The notes under the pieces were generated by a model. The model worked only from the letters and a program-made list of their open reading frames with translations, ran no database searches and was not told the origin of the DNA. This document shows, in pieces, positions 1 through 9,255 of a stretch of 64,000 nt of DNA. A program made the translations under genes and the position numbers. Position 1 is the stretch's first letter. Each line of letters starts with the position of its first letter. Origin of the DNA: an uncultured Thermoleophilia bacterium (lineage in GTDB: Bacteria > Actinomycetota > Thermoleophilia > UBA2241); contig CAVPCT010000001.1 in the NCBI GenBank assembly GCA_963702475.1, forward strand, positions 156,347-220,346, in the 5' to 3' direction.

Positions 1-651
1 GGCGGCGTGGTGGGCGCGCTGCCGTACGGCTCGAGCCTCACGTTGGCAACCAAGGCGCTGGCGCCGGGCATGATGGTGATGGGCATCATCTTCTTCATGG
101 GCACCATCAGCGGCGCCCATCTGAACCCCGCCGTCACGCTCGCCTTCGCCGTGCGCGGCAACTTCCCCTGGAGACGCGTGCCCGGCTACGTCCTGGCCCA
201 GTTCGCGGGGGCCGTGCTCGCGGCGCTGGTGCTGCAGTGGCTGTTCGGTGGGATCATGAACGGCGCCACCGAGCCGGCTCAGGGGGTCAGCCCGCCCGTG
301 GCCGTGCTCACCGAAGCTCTTCTCACGCTCGGCCTGGTGAGCGTCATCCTCGGCACGGCCACCGGGGCCCGCAACATCGGAGTGGCCGGCGCCGTCGCGG
401 TCGGCTCCTACATCGGCCTGGTGTCGGTGTGGGGCGCCCCTGTGACCGGGGCGTCCATGAACCCGATGCGCTCGATCGCGCCGGACCTCGTGGGCGGCGA
501 CCTGAGCCACTACTGGATCTACCTCGCCGGGCCGGTCCTCGGCGCCATGGTCGCCGTGCTCTTCGAGTACATCCTGCGGGGCAAGGCCACGAAGGCGGGC
601 GCGGCGGCTGCGCAGGGTATCCTCAGCGAGCGGGACCCGTCCGGGCTCTGA
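1..651 (+). CDS. MIP/aquaporin-family channel, N-terminus cut by the window edge
   Basis: The frame of ORF 7..651 stays open to base 1. It has two NPA boxes (HLNPAVT and SMNPMRS) and Gly/Ala-rich TM helices. The first NPA lies too close to the N-terminus for a complete protein. Confidence 0.85.
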   Translation, partial: GGVVGALPYGSSLTLATKALAPGMMVMGIIFFMGTISGAHLNPAVTLAFAVRGNFPWRRVPGYVLAQFAGAVLAALVLQWLFGGIMNGATEPAQGVSPPVAVLTEALLTLGLVSVILGTATGARNIGVAGAVAVGSYIGLVSVWGAPVTGASMNPMRSIAPDLVGGDLSHYWIYLAGPVLGAMVAVLFEYILRGKATKAGAAAAQGILSERDPSGL

Positions 652-733
652 AGCGCCGCCGAGGGACCTGCCGCGAGAGAGGCGCCCGGGCCAACGGCCG
701 GCGCGGCGCCGGCCCAGGCGGCGGACCGGCGCG

Positions 734-2269
734 TCAGGCGCCGAGCCAGGCGCGCAAGGCGGCCTCGACCGGCTCGCGGCCGCGCTCCACGCGTGCGTCG
801 AAGCGCCGCGGCCGGGTGCGCGCCTCGCGCAGCTGGGCGGGTACCGCGGCGTTCGGGGCGAGCTCCACGACGCGGTCGAGCAGGGCGATGTCGTCCTCCT
901 CACCCGGGATAGGCTCGCCGGCGGCGACGCCGCGCAGGCCGCGGACGACGTCGGCGGCGAACTTGCTCCAGTGCGCGGTGCTCACGACGAGCACCGGAGC
1001 CCCTTCGCCGCCGAGCTCCTCGGCGACCTTCCACGCCACGGCCGTGTGCGGGTCCATCAGGTAGCCGTGGCGCTCGTGCACCTCGCCGATGGTCCGTAGG
1101 CAGGTGTCGTTGTCGACCCATGCGCCGACGAGCATGCTCGTCAGCTGTGCGCGCGTGGCCACGTCGACCTCGAAGCGACCGCCCTGCTTGAGGTCCTGCA
1201 TCCAGCCGCGGACGACGGCCGGGTCGCCGCGGAGGTCGTACAGCAGACGCTCGAGGTTGGACGAGATGAGGATGTCCATGGACGGCGACGGCGTCTTCAC
1301 CAGGCCTCTGGCCGAGATGTCGTACACCCCGGTATCGATGAAGTCGGTGAGCACGTTGTTGGTGTTGCTGGCGCACAGCAGGCGGCCGATAGGCACGCCC
1401 ATGCGCTGCGCGTAGTAGGCGGCGAGGATGTTGCCGAAGTTGCCGGTGGGTACGCATACGTCGAGCGGGTCGCCGGGGCGCAGGTAGCCGAAGGCTGCCA
1501 TGTCGGCGTAGGCGCTCACGTAGTAGGCGATCTGCGGCATGAGCCGGCCCCAGTTGATGGAGTTGGCCGACGACAGCGCCAGGCCGTGTCTCGCGGCCAG
1601 CTCCTCGGCGAAGGCGCCGTCGTCGAACACGGCCTTCACCGAGCTCTGGCAGTCGTCGAAGTCCCCGCCCAGGCGGAAGACCGACAGATTGTCACCCGGC
1701 TGGGTGACCATCTGCAGCTCCTGGAGCGCGCTCACGCCGGCGTCGGGGTAGAAGACCACGATCCTCGTGTGAGCCCTGTCGGCGAAGCCGTTCAGGGCGG
1801 CGACGCCGGTGTCGCCGCTCGTCGCCACGAGGATCAGGAAGTCGAGCGTCTTCGGGTCGTGGGCGCGTGCCTGTCCAAGCGCCTGGGTGAAGAACAGCGG
1901 CATGCACTGCAGCGCCATGTCCTTGAACGCCAGGGTGGGGCCGTGCCACAGCTCGAGCACGAAGCGCCCCGGGGTGACTCTGCGCACCGGCGCCACGTGC
2001 GGGTCGTCGAAGTTGGCGCCGTAGGCGGACGCGGCGATACGCAGCGTCTCGGCGTGGTCCACGTCGAGGCCGAAGGCCTGATAGACCCAGGCGGCCCGCT
2101 CGAAGTAGGGCAGACCGGCCAGCCTGAGCAGGTCGTCCACCGTGACCAGGGGCAGCTCCTCGGGCACGAAGAGCCCGCCGCCGGGCGCGATGCCCTCGAG
2201 GATGGCCTCAGTGAAGAGCCGCGGTCGGTCGCACAGCCCGCGCGTGTCCTGGTAGGCGATGACGGTCAT
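734..2269 (-). CDS. thrC: threonine synthase
   Basis: N-terminus MTVIAYQDTRG...FTEAILEGIAPGGGLFVP, PLP-lysine context LAFKDMALQ, and typical length. I prefer the second Met (2269) over ORF start 2290 from the N-terminal consensus. Confidence 0.85.
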   Translation of the reverse strand: MTVIAYQDTRGLCDRPRLFTEAILEGIAPGGGLFVPEELPLVTVDDLLRLAGLPYFERAAWVYQAFGLDVDHAETLRIAASAYGANFDDPHVAPVRRVTPGRFVLELWHGPTLAFKDMALQCMPLFFTQALGQARAHDPKTLDFLILVATSGDTGVAALNGFADRAHTRIVVFYPDAGVSALQELQMVTQPGDNLSVFRLGGDFDDCQSSVKAVFDDGAFAEELAARHGLALSSANSINWGRLMPQIAYYVSAYADMAAFGYLRPGDPLDVCVPTGNFGNILAAYYAQRMGVPIGRLLCASNTNNVLTDFIDTGVYDISARGLVKTPSPSMDILISSNLERLLYDLRGDPAVVRGWMQDLKQGGRFEVDVATRAQLTSMLVGAWVDNDTCLRTIGEVHERHGYLMDPHTAVAWKVAEELGGEGAPVLVVSTAHWSKFAADVVRGLRGVAAGEPIPGEEDDIALLDRVVELAPNAAVPAQLREARTRPRRFDARVERGREPVEAALRAWLGA

Positions 2270-2357
2270 GGCCCGGGGATTGTATCCCATCCCGGTCGCC
2301 CGGCTCCTCCGGCGGGCGCGGCGCCTCGCCGCCGGGATCCGCTCCTGCGACTCGGGG

Positions 2358-2385
2358 TTGACACTCGCTCACGATGCGTTACGAT
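2358..2385 (+). promoter_or_regulatory. sigma70/SigA-type promoter candidate for the PadR gene (TTGACA, 16 nt, TACGAT)
   Basis: TTGACA at 2358-2363 and TACGAT at 2380-2385 lie in an AT-rich island about 30 nt upstream of the RBS AAGGAG. They overlap the palindrome CGATATATCG (2382-2391) and the direct repeat GCGTTAC x2. Confidence 0.4.
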
Positions 2386-2416
2386 ATATCGCGTTACAGC
2401 GATGCAAGGAGAATGC

Positions 2417-2962
2417 ATGATGACGTTCTGGACACAGGTGGCGGAGCGCGGTGCGGACCAGCGCTGCAAGTTCGGCCACGGACCTCACGGGCACGAGCGC
2501 GGCCCGTGGTCACGCGCCCGTCGCGGCCACGTGCGCGCCGCCATCCTCTCGGTGCTGGGCGACGGGTCGATGCACGGCTACGAGATCATGCAGCGCCTCG
2601 AAGAGCGCAGCGGCGGCATGTGGCGGCCCAGCCCCGGCTCGGTCTACCCGACGCTGCAGATGCTCGAGGACGAGGGTCTCGTCAAGGGAGTGGAGGCCGA
2701 CGGCAAGCGCGTCTACGAGCTGACCGAGGCCGGCAAGATGGCCGCCGCCGAGAGCAGGGAGCGGCACGGCACCCCGTGGGAGCAGGGCGAGGACCGGGAG
2801 GCGTCGCCGCGGTTCAGGCTGCGGCGCTCGGTGTTCCAGCTCGGCGCCGCCGTGAGGCAGGTCGGCACCGCCGGCACCGCTGCCCAGGTCGAGCAGACCC
2901 TCGAGATCCTGACCGAAGCGCGCAAGCGCATCTACGCGATGCTCGCCGAGGGCGAGGAGTGA
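2417..2962 (+). CDS. PadR-family transcriptional regulator
   Basis: Winged-helix signature HGYEIMQRLEERSGGMWRPSPGSVYPTLQMLEDEGLV. RBS AAGGAG lies 5-8 nt upstream of ATG 2417/2420. Only the 3-prime third of ORF 1586..2962 is real. Confidence 0.85.
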   Translation: MMTFWTQVAERGADQRCKFGHGPHGHERGPWSRARRGHVRAAILSVLGDGSMHGYEIMQRLEERSGGMWRPSPGSVYPTLQMLEDEGLVKGVEADGKRVYELTEAGKMAAAESRERHGTPWEQGEDREASPRFRLRRSVFQLGAAVRQVGTAGTAAQVEQTLEILTEARKRIYAMLAEGEE

Positions 2963-2967
2963 GGGAC

Positions 2968-2991
2968 CGGCCGGGACCACGGTCCCGGCCG
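2968..2991. terminator. GC hairpin between convergent genes (bidirectional terminator candidate)
   Basis: CGGCCGGGACC / GGTCCCGGCCG inverted repeat, directly after the padR stop (2962) and the stop of the minus-strand PHP gene (2999). No clear U-tract. Confidence 0.4.
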
Positions 2992-2998
2992 TGCGCTC

Positions 2999-5077
2999 TC
3001 AGGCCGGCCGGCGCCCGGGAGCTTGGGGGGCCGGCAGGACGCGGCGCCGCCCGTTGCGCCTGGACACGGCGCCGCGCAGGTCGGCGGCGTGGCGCCAGCC
3101 GGGCGCCGGAGAGGGGCGCCCGCGCCGCGCGATGAGTTCCACGACGCGGGGGTCGGGCGTCCAGATGCAGGCGCCGCCGGGATCCGGCGTCTCGTCAGGG
3201 GCGATCGCCCGGGTGCCGGCTTGGGCGACGGCGCCGGCGGGCGCCGTCGTGGATCCGGCGGTCTCGGGCAGCGCGTGCACGCGCTGCGGGTCGAGGCCGA
3301 GGGCCACGAGGCGGCGCGCGTCGCTCCGCGTCTGCGTGAACACCTCGTCGAGCATCCCCGCGAACCAGCGCACGTACCGCCACGCCTCGCGCGATACCCT
3401 CGAACCCGACGAGAGCCGCTCCACCGCCGTAAGCACGTCGCTGTGGACGGTGCCGGTCACCGGCAGGTGCAGCACCTTGGCCGCCAGCAGCCCGGCCAGC
3501 CCCATGCCGCCGGCGCTGTCCACGTGGATGGCGGTGCAGTCCCGCTCGTAGAGATGGTCGAGCACATCGAGAAGGGGCGGCGCCACGAGCGTTTGTCCGG
3601 GCTGCAGGCGCGAGGGCCATGCCGCGCCGGCCGCGAAGTCCATGCCTCCGGGGTAGGCGCCGGCCGGGTGCCGTGACGCCGTGAGGACCTCGAGGGAGGC
3701 GCCGAGCCGCCCGGCCTCCGCCGTGAGCCGCCGCACGACGCCCGTGCACCCGGCACCGGCTGCCGGGGCGTCGGTGAACAGCGCGATCCGTGGTCCGGCG
3801 GTGGGAGGTCCGAGGAAGTGCTCCCTTATGGCCTCCTGGTCCGCACGGTCACGCGTCTGGAAGCCGTAGGCGATGAAGTAGCCCGTCTCCAGGAAGTGGA
3901 CCATGGCGACGGCGAACAGCGAGTCGCGGAACCGCCACTCGGGCCGTCGCTTCGCCGGGTCGAGCAGAGGCTCCAGGTGGAGGTTGAGGACGTCGTCCGC
4001 GAGCGTGGACGTCACAGTGAAGATGCGTCTGTTGAACTCGCGGCTGCCGACCGTGTGGATGCCGCCCGGGGCCCGCGCCAGCGCCCCGATCTCCCTCTCG
4101 AGCAGATCCTCCCAGGCCGGTCCCCGGCCGTCGTCGGGGCGGTACAGGCCGGGGGCCACGCTCCTCACGCCGCGCACGGTCTTGTCGAGGACGGGCACGT
4201 CGCGGCCGATCCTCCCGAAGCCCTGCCTGATCCAGCCGAGGGCACGCTGCCGCGGCTGGTCGGTGTCCATGCGAAGCATCTCGCGCAGACGCCAGAACGA
4301 CGTGGTGTAGATGTTGTGGGCGAGCAGGCGAGCGTCGCCGTCCTCGCCCTCAGCTTCGCAGGCGCCGCGCGCCACGGCGTCCAGGAAACCCTGCGGGGTG
4401 CCGTCGCCGCCGGCCACGGTGTACGCGCCGGCGGTGAACAGCCCGCTGTGGTCGTCGGAGCCGCCCGTGAGCGCCTTGCGCCACGGCGTGTCGCCGTACG
4501 GCTCGATGCTCTGCCGCTCGGCCATGTCCCAGATGGCCCCGGGCGTGAGCTGCGCGACGATGTCGCGCAGCAACCCGTTGCAGCGGACCACGCGTGCCCC
4601 GTTGCGCCCTTCCAGCACGTTGAAGAGCAGAAGCATCTTCTCGACGGTGTCGGGGGTGAGCCTGCCGGTCATGTCGAAGAGCGGGTGGGCGAGGTAGTGG
4701 GGCACACCGGCTCCGCGGAGCAGCCCGACCAGGTCGTAGATGGACGACTTGACGCTCATGGCCTCCGCGAACGTCGGCTCGTCGATGCCCAGGGCCACCA
4801 CGTGCACGCGGCTGCCGTCCTCGGGGAACCAGGTGTCGAGCTCGCAGCTCAGGAACGTGCCCGGCAGGTGCGCGATGGCCAGCGCCCCGTCGAGCGTGTT
4901 GTGGTCGGTGACCGTGACGAAGTCCATGCCCCGCGCGCGCGCCGACGCATATACGTCCTCGGGGGCGGTGAAGGACTCTCTGCTGCGGAAGAGCCGGATG
5001 GCTTTGGCCGTGGGGCTGTCCGAGCACGCCGAGTGCACGTGGAGGTCGGCCCTGAAGGTGTTCGTTGCACCGTCCAC
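2999..5077 (-). CDS. PHP (polymerase/histidinol phosphatase) domain protein fused to a GT4-like glycosyltransferase N-half
   Basis: N-terminus ADLHVHSACSDS...VTVTDHNTLDG is a PHP metal-binding motif. The C-terminal region (IALFTDAP...HVDSAGGMGLAGLLAAKVLHLPVTGTVHSD) looks like the Glyco_trans_4 half of a GT-B fold. GTG start. Confidence 0.65.
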   Translation of the reverse strand: MDGATNTFRADLHVHSACSDSPTAKAIRLFRSRESFTAPEDVYASARARGMDFVTVTDHNTLDGALAIAHLPGTFLSCELDTWFPEDGSRVHVVALGIDEPTFAEAMSVKSSIYDLVGLLRGAGVPHYLAHPLFDMTGRLTPDTVEKMLLLFNVLEGRNGARVVRCNGLLRDIVAQLTPGAIWDMAERQSIEPYGDTPWRKALTGGSDDHSGLFTAGAYTVAGGDGTPQGFLDAVARGACEAEGEDGDARLLAHNIYTTSFWRLREMLRMDTDQPRQRALGWIRQGFGRIGRDVPVLDKTVRGVRSVAPGLYRPDDGRGPAWEDLLEREIGALARAPGGIHTVGSREFNRRIFTVTSTLADDVLNLHLEPLLDPAKRRPEWRFRDSLFAVAMVHFLETGYFIAYGFQTRDRADQEAIREHFLGPPTAGPRIALFTDAPAAGAGCTGVVRRLTAEAGRLGASLEVLTASRHPAGAYPGGMDFAAGAAWPSRLQPGQTLVAPPLLDVLDHLYERDCTAIHVDSAGGMGLAGLLAAKVLHLPVTGTVHSDVLTAVERLSSGSRVSREAWRYVRWFAGMLDEVFTQTRSDARRLVALGLDPQRVHALPETAGSTTAPAGAVAQAGTRAIAPDETPDPGGACIWTPDPRVVELIARRGRPSPAPGWRHAADLRGAVSRRNGRRRVLPAPQAPGRRPA

Positions 5078-5180
5078 GCGTCCACTCTACCGGATGGCCC
5101 GCGGCCGCGTTCGCGCGGCCCTGGCGCGGTCATGCGCACCGCGTGTTGTGCGGCCGGGGGCGGCCCGGTACCATCCGGGC

Positions 5181-5711
5181 ATGACCGCGCTCTCGTACGT
5201 CGTGCTCACCGCCGTCGGCCCGGACCACCCCGGGCTGGTGGACGCCGTCACACGCTTCGTGCGCGACAGCGGCGGCAACCTCGAGGACAGCCGCATGGTC
5301 AACCTGCACGGCCAGTTCGCGATGATGCTGCTGGTGGCGGGTACGACCGCGACGGTGGAGAAGCTCCAGGCCGGCCTGCCCGGGCTGCAGGACGATGCCG
5401 GCGTTCACGCCCAGCTGCAGCCGGCGGCCGCGGCGCCGCAGGCGGCCGCTGCCCTGCCGCTGCGCATCACCGCCTGGGCCATGGACCACCCCGGGCTCAT
5501 GCAGTCGCTGTCGCATCTGCTGGCGGGTCTCGACGTCAACATCGAGAGCGCCGAGACGTCGCTGAGCTCGGCGCCGCACACCGGTACCCCGCTCTTCACC
5601 ATGCAACTGCTGGTGTCGGTGCCGGCCACCACGCAGGTCTCCCGGGTCCGTGAGGAGCTCGGAAGGCTCTGCGACGAGCTCAACATCGACTGGAGTCTGG
5701 CGCCGCTCTGA
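5181..5711 (+). CDS. tandem ACT-domain protein (GcvR-like)
   Basis: Two repeats of the xxxGxDxPGLV ACT pattern (VGPDHPGLVDAV and AMDHPGLMQSL). ATG at 5181 lies in the frame of ORF 4740..5711. Confidence 0.7.
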   Translation: MTALSYVVLTAVGPDHPGLVDAVTRFVRDSGGNLEDSRMVNLHGQFAMMLLVAGTTATVEKLQAGLPGLQDDAGVHAQLQPAAAAPQAAAALPLRITAWAMDHPGLMQSLSHLLAGLDVNIESAETSLSSAPHTGTPLFTMQLLVSVPATTQVSRVREELGRLCDELNIDWSLAPL

Positions 5712-5754
5712 GGCCGGCCTGCGGGCTTCCGTCACGGGGCGCATACGCCTGCGC

Positions 5755-7479
5755 TCACGGCTCTGCGAGCAGCCGCGCGACCTCGTCCGTGGCGAACGCC
5801 GGCCAAGGCACCTCCGTGCCGTCCCGCCGGGCCGAGACGTCGTCGCCCGGCGCTCCGACCTCTCCGACGATCGTCGCCGGCACGCCCGCGGCCGTGAGGG
5901 CTTCGATGAGGGCCGCGGTCTGCCCGGGGTCGCAGCACACCAGCAGGCTTCCTGAGGCGATCAGCCCGAGCGGGTCGGCCCCGAGCAGGGTGCACACGCG
6001 TGCGGTCTGGGGCAGCACGGGGACGACGTCGCGGTCCATGCGGATGCCGTGCCCTCCGGCGTGGGCGACCTCGCGCACAGCCGTGGCCAGGCCACCTTCG
6101 GTGACGTCGTGCATGGCGTGCACGCCGTCGAAGCCTGCGGCCACGCGCGCCTCGGGGACGATGCTCATGAGAGGCAGGAGGGCCGCGCAGTCGGCCAGCT
6201 CGGCCTCGGACATGCCCAGATCGTGCAGCCTGCCGGCCGCCTCGGTGGCGAGGATGGCAGTGCCCTCGACCGCCAGCGCCTTGGTGAGGACCACCCGGTC
6301 GCCGGGGCGGATGCTGCGCTTGTCGCGGAGTCGCTCGCGCGCGACGGTGCCGAGCGCGGTCACCGACACGACGGGCCGGGTGACGGCGTCGGTGACCTCG
6401 GTGTGGCCGCCGACGACCGGGGCCCCGACGGCGGCGGCCGAGGCGGCGACGTCGGCGAGCAGGTGCAGCGCCTGCGACGCGGTGGTGCCCGGTGGCAGCA
6501 GGACGGTGGTCAGCAGCCAGCGCGGTTCGGCGCCCGCGGTGGCCACGTCGTTGGCGTTGACGAGGGCCGCGAAGTGGCCCAGGTGCTCGCCGGTGAGCGT
6601 GATGGGGTCGCCATGTGCGACGAGGGTGGAGTGCTCCGCGATGTCCAGGGCGACGACGTCCTCGCCGACCCCGGCCGGCACGAGGACGGCAGGGTCTGCC
6701 GGCCCCTGCACGGACTCGAGGTGCCCGGCCAGCAGGTCGTTGGGGAGCTTGCCGGGTGAGAGAGGCAGGCCGAGCCGTACCACCTCGTCGAGTCCGGCGA
6801 GGCCGTGCACGACGAAGTCGGGGGAGCCGTCGTGCCGGTCGGCGCGACCCGCTTCGTCCACACCGGCCGTCGCGCCGGTGGTGGCGGCGTGCGCCAGTGC
6901 CGTAGCCCCCGTCTCTCCGGCCGCGTCGGCGTCGTCGCCGTTCGTGAGGTACGCCGTCACGGCCCCGGCCGCCTGCCCGGCGAGCACGTCCAGCACGTAA
7001 TCGCCGACCACGAGCAGCTCTTCCGGCGCGACGCCCATGGCCTCGGCGGCGTGCAGCACGCCGTCGGGCGCCGGCTTGGGCGCGGGCTCGTCGTCGCGCG
7101 TGACGACGACGTCGAAAGCGGAGGCGTCAAGTCGTGCGAACCGCGCCAGTGCGGCGTCCACAGCGGCCCTGCCGTTGCGTGTGAGCACCCCGATCCTGAG
7201 GCCGGCGCCGCGCAGGCGGAGAACAAGCTCCTCGGCGCCGGCGTTGGGTTCGGATCCGGCGGCGCCGGCCAGCTCGAACCGCTCGAGCGACGCGAGCGCT
7301 TCCCGGCGCTGAGGTCCTTCGGCCAGCGCCTCGATCCACTCGAGGACGAAGCGGTCCGGCGGGCACCCGATCTCACGCTTGAAGGCGGCGAAGTCGAGCG
7401 CGCCGGGGCGAGTGAGGGTGCCGTCGAAGTCGAACAACACGGCCCGCAGGCGGAAGGGTCTGGGGGTGTGGGCGGTCAC
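5755..7479 (-). CDS. HAD-phosphatase domain fused to an AIR-synthase-related (PurM/ThiL/HypE-fold) domain
   Basis: The N-terminus has HAD motif I (VLFDFDGTLT) and later VVGDYVLDV. The C-terminal half has the GGHTEV and HDVTEGGLA motifs typical of the PurM-like superfamily. GTG start. Confidence 0.7.
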   Translation of the reverse strand: MTAHTPRPFRLRAVLFDFDGTLTRPGALDFAAFKREIGCPPDRFVLEWIEALAEGPQRREALASLERFELAGAAGSEPNAGAEELVLRLRGAGLRIGVLTRNGRAAVDAALARFARLDASAFDVVVTRDDEPAPKPAPDGVLHAAEAMGVAPEELLVVGDYVLDVLAGQAAGAVTAYLTNGDDADAAGETGATALAHAATTGATAGVDEAGRADRHDGSPDFVVHGLAGLDEVVRLGLPLSPGKLPNDLLAGHLESVQGPADPAVLVPAGVGEDVVALDIAEHSTLVAHGDPITLTGEHLGHFAALVNANDVATAGAEPRWLLTTVLLPPGTTASQALHLLADVAASAAAVGAPVVGGHTEVTDAVTRPVVSVTALGTVARERLRDKRSIRPGDRVVLTKALAVEGTAILATEAAGRLHDLGMSEAELADCAALLPLMSIVPEARVAAGFDGVHAMHDVTEGGLATAVREVAHAGGHGIRMDRDVVPVLPQTARVCTLLGADPLGLIASGSLLVCCDPGQTAALIEALTAAGVPATIVGEVGAPGDDVSARRDGTEVPWPAFATDEVARLLAEP

Positions 7480-7519
7480 CAGGGTCCGCGGGTCGCGTGC
7501 GCCTCCCGGCCGCCGGCGC

Positions 7520-9007
7520 TCACTTGCGCGCGTAGGCCTTGAGGCAGACGTTGACGCCGGCGGTCTCGCCGTCGAGGGCGAGGTCCAGCCACGCGCCGCC
7601 GCCGGTGTTCCTCATGTAGCTCTGCCCGGCCTTCGCTCCGGCGTGCGACAGCCAGGCCTGCACCTCGCCGTCCCACGCCCGGCTCTCCACGGCGATGGGC
7701 TCGGTGCCGTCCGGGGTGACCATGCGGAGCGCGACGACGAACGACGCGCCCTTGCGCACAGCGAACGGCGTGGTGAACGCGACCGTCGTGAAGCCGGGCA
7801 GGGTCTGCGTCCCCTGGGCGCGCACGCTCAGCCTGGCCAGCGAGGGCCCTGCCCACACCTCGTACCTGGCCCCTGCCGCCGGCACGTAGAACCCCGCGGC
7901 GGCGATGCGTTCGGTAGCCTTGGCGACGAACCTGTTGGCGCCCCATGCCTCGTTCGGCGCCTCTCCGTCCGCGTACCCGAGAGACTGGGTCCAGCCGAGC
8001 GTGTCGTACTGGTAGTTGCGCGCGTAGTTGCTCACGCTCTCCACGCGCGTGTAGCTGGTGAGCGGGCCGAAGGCGAAGGCGCGGTCGTGGTAGGAGACCC
8101 AGAAGTACCCGTCGTCGCCGTACGAGGCGCCGTAGCTGTTGCGGACGAGGAAGGCTCCGTCGCCCGGCGGCTGGCCGGACGCGGCGGCGAACCTGGTGCG
8201 CGGAAACGCGTCGTCCCAGCCCACCACGTTGACGCCGTGGTTCTCGGGGACCTCGTCCGCATCCTCCACGGCGTCGCCGTTGTCCAGCACCTTGCCGGAG
8301 TAGTACACCGGCCACCGGGACCCGGCGTCGTTCACCGACGTGTCGAACCGTCCCGAGTAGTACATGCCGACGCTCATGGCGCCGCTGTCGATGACGAGTT
8401 GCTTGATGAGATCGTTGTCGGCGACCCCAGTGCGGCCGGGAAGCATCACGGCCGCCTGGACGTGCTTGAGCACCTTGGCTGCCTTGGTCCTGGAGTCGCC
8501 GTACTTGTCGCTCTTCTCGTCGACTGGGCCTGCCCAGCGGGCCAGGTAGGCGACGGCCATGAAGTCCCACCCGCCCCACTCGTAGGCGCCGCCGGGGAAG
8601 GGGCCGTAGCCGCTGCGCAGCACGACGTTGTCTTCGCTGAAGTCCCACTGCTTGCCGGGGAGGAGGCGGGACTCGATCGCGGCGAGGTTGGCGAAGGCCC
8701 AGCAGGTGCCGAGGTCTCCCTGGTCGCGGACGGCGGTGAGGCGCCCGAGAGCGCGGAGGTCGAAGGAGGCGGGGAGGACGGCGCGGCGGGCGCTCAGCCG
8801 GGCGCGCGCCGCCTCGTCGATCTGCACGACCACGGGCGCGGGGCGGCGGCCGAGCACGCCGGCCAGCGGGTCGTGGAACGACTGCACGAACGCCCGGTCG
8901 GGCGGCGCCGGCTGCGGCACGTCCTGCGCGCCGGCGAGCGCCGCCGGGGCGGCACCGAGGAGCGTGGCGGTCGCTGCCACGAGCGCCGCCACCTGCCCGA
9001 TCCTCAT
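7520..9007 (-). CDS. secreted papain-family (C1) cysteine peptidase with a C-terminal extension
   Basis: Signal peptide MRIGQVAALVAATATLLGAAPAALAGA. Catalytic Cys context DQGDLGTCWAF, His in ENHGVNVVGWDD, and NSYG..GYFWVSY. RBS GGAGGG lies before ATG 9007. Confidence 0.85.
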   Translation of the reverse strand: MRIGQVAALVAATATLLGAAPAALAGAQDVPQPAPPDRAFVQSFHDPLAGVLGRRPAPVVVQIDEAARARLSARRAVLPASFDLRALGRLTAVRDQGDLGTCWAFANLAAIESRLLPGKQWDFSEDNVVLRSGYGPFPGGAYEWGGWDFMAVAYLARWAGPVDEKSDKYGDSRTKAAKVLKHVQAAVMLPGRTGVADNDLIKQLVIDSGAMSVGMYYSGRFDTSVNDAGSRWPVYYSGKVLDNGDAVEDADEVPENHGVNVVGWDDAFPRTRFAAASGQPPGDGAFLVRNSYGASYGDDGYFWVSYHDRAFAFGPLTSYTRVESVSNYARNYQYDTLGWTQSLGYADGEAPNEAWGANRFVAKATERIAAAGFYVPAAGARYEVWAGPSLARLSVRAQGTQTLPGFTTVAFTTPFAVRKGASFVVALRMVTPDGTEPIAVESRAWDGEVQAWLSHAGAKAGQSYMRNTGGGAWLDLALDGETAGVNVCLKAYARK

Positions 9008-9255
9008 GCGTTGCCCTCCGATCCTCCGTGCGCCTTTGCCGTCCAGTGTAGCGCGGTGGCATGGGCTTGTCGCCTCTGGTGCGTGGGGGTGCTCTAAACC
9101 TGGCGCCCGGCAAAGCGTCTCGCCCCTGCGGGCAGCTGCCGGGGAGACGGCCCGGTCGCCAAACGGGTTCCGGACGCGCCCACGGCTTGACGACGCAGCG
9201 GGCGGGGTAGGACGCCGCACGTGAGGGGGTGCATCGCGTCTGGCAGGGAGGAACC

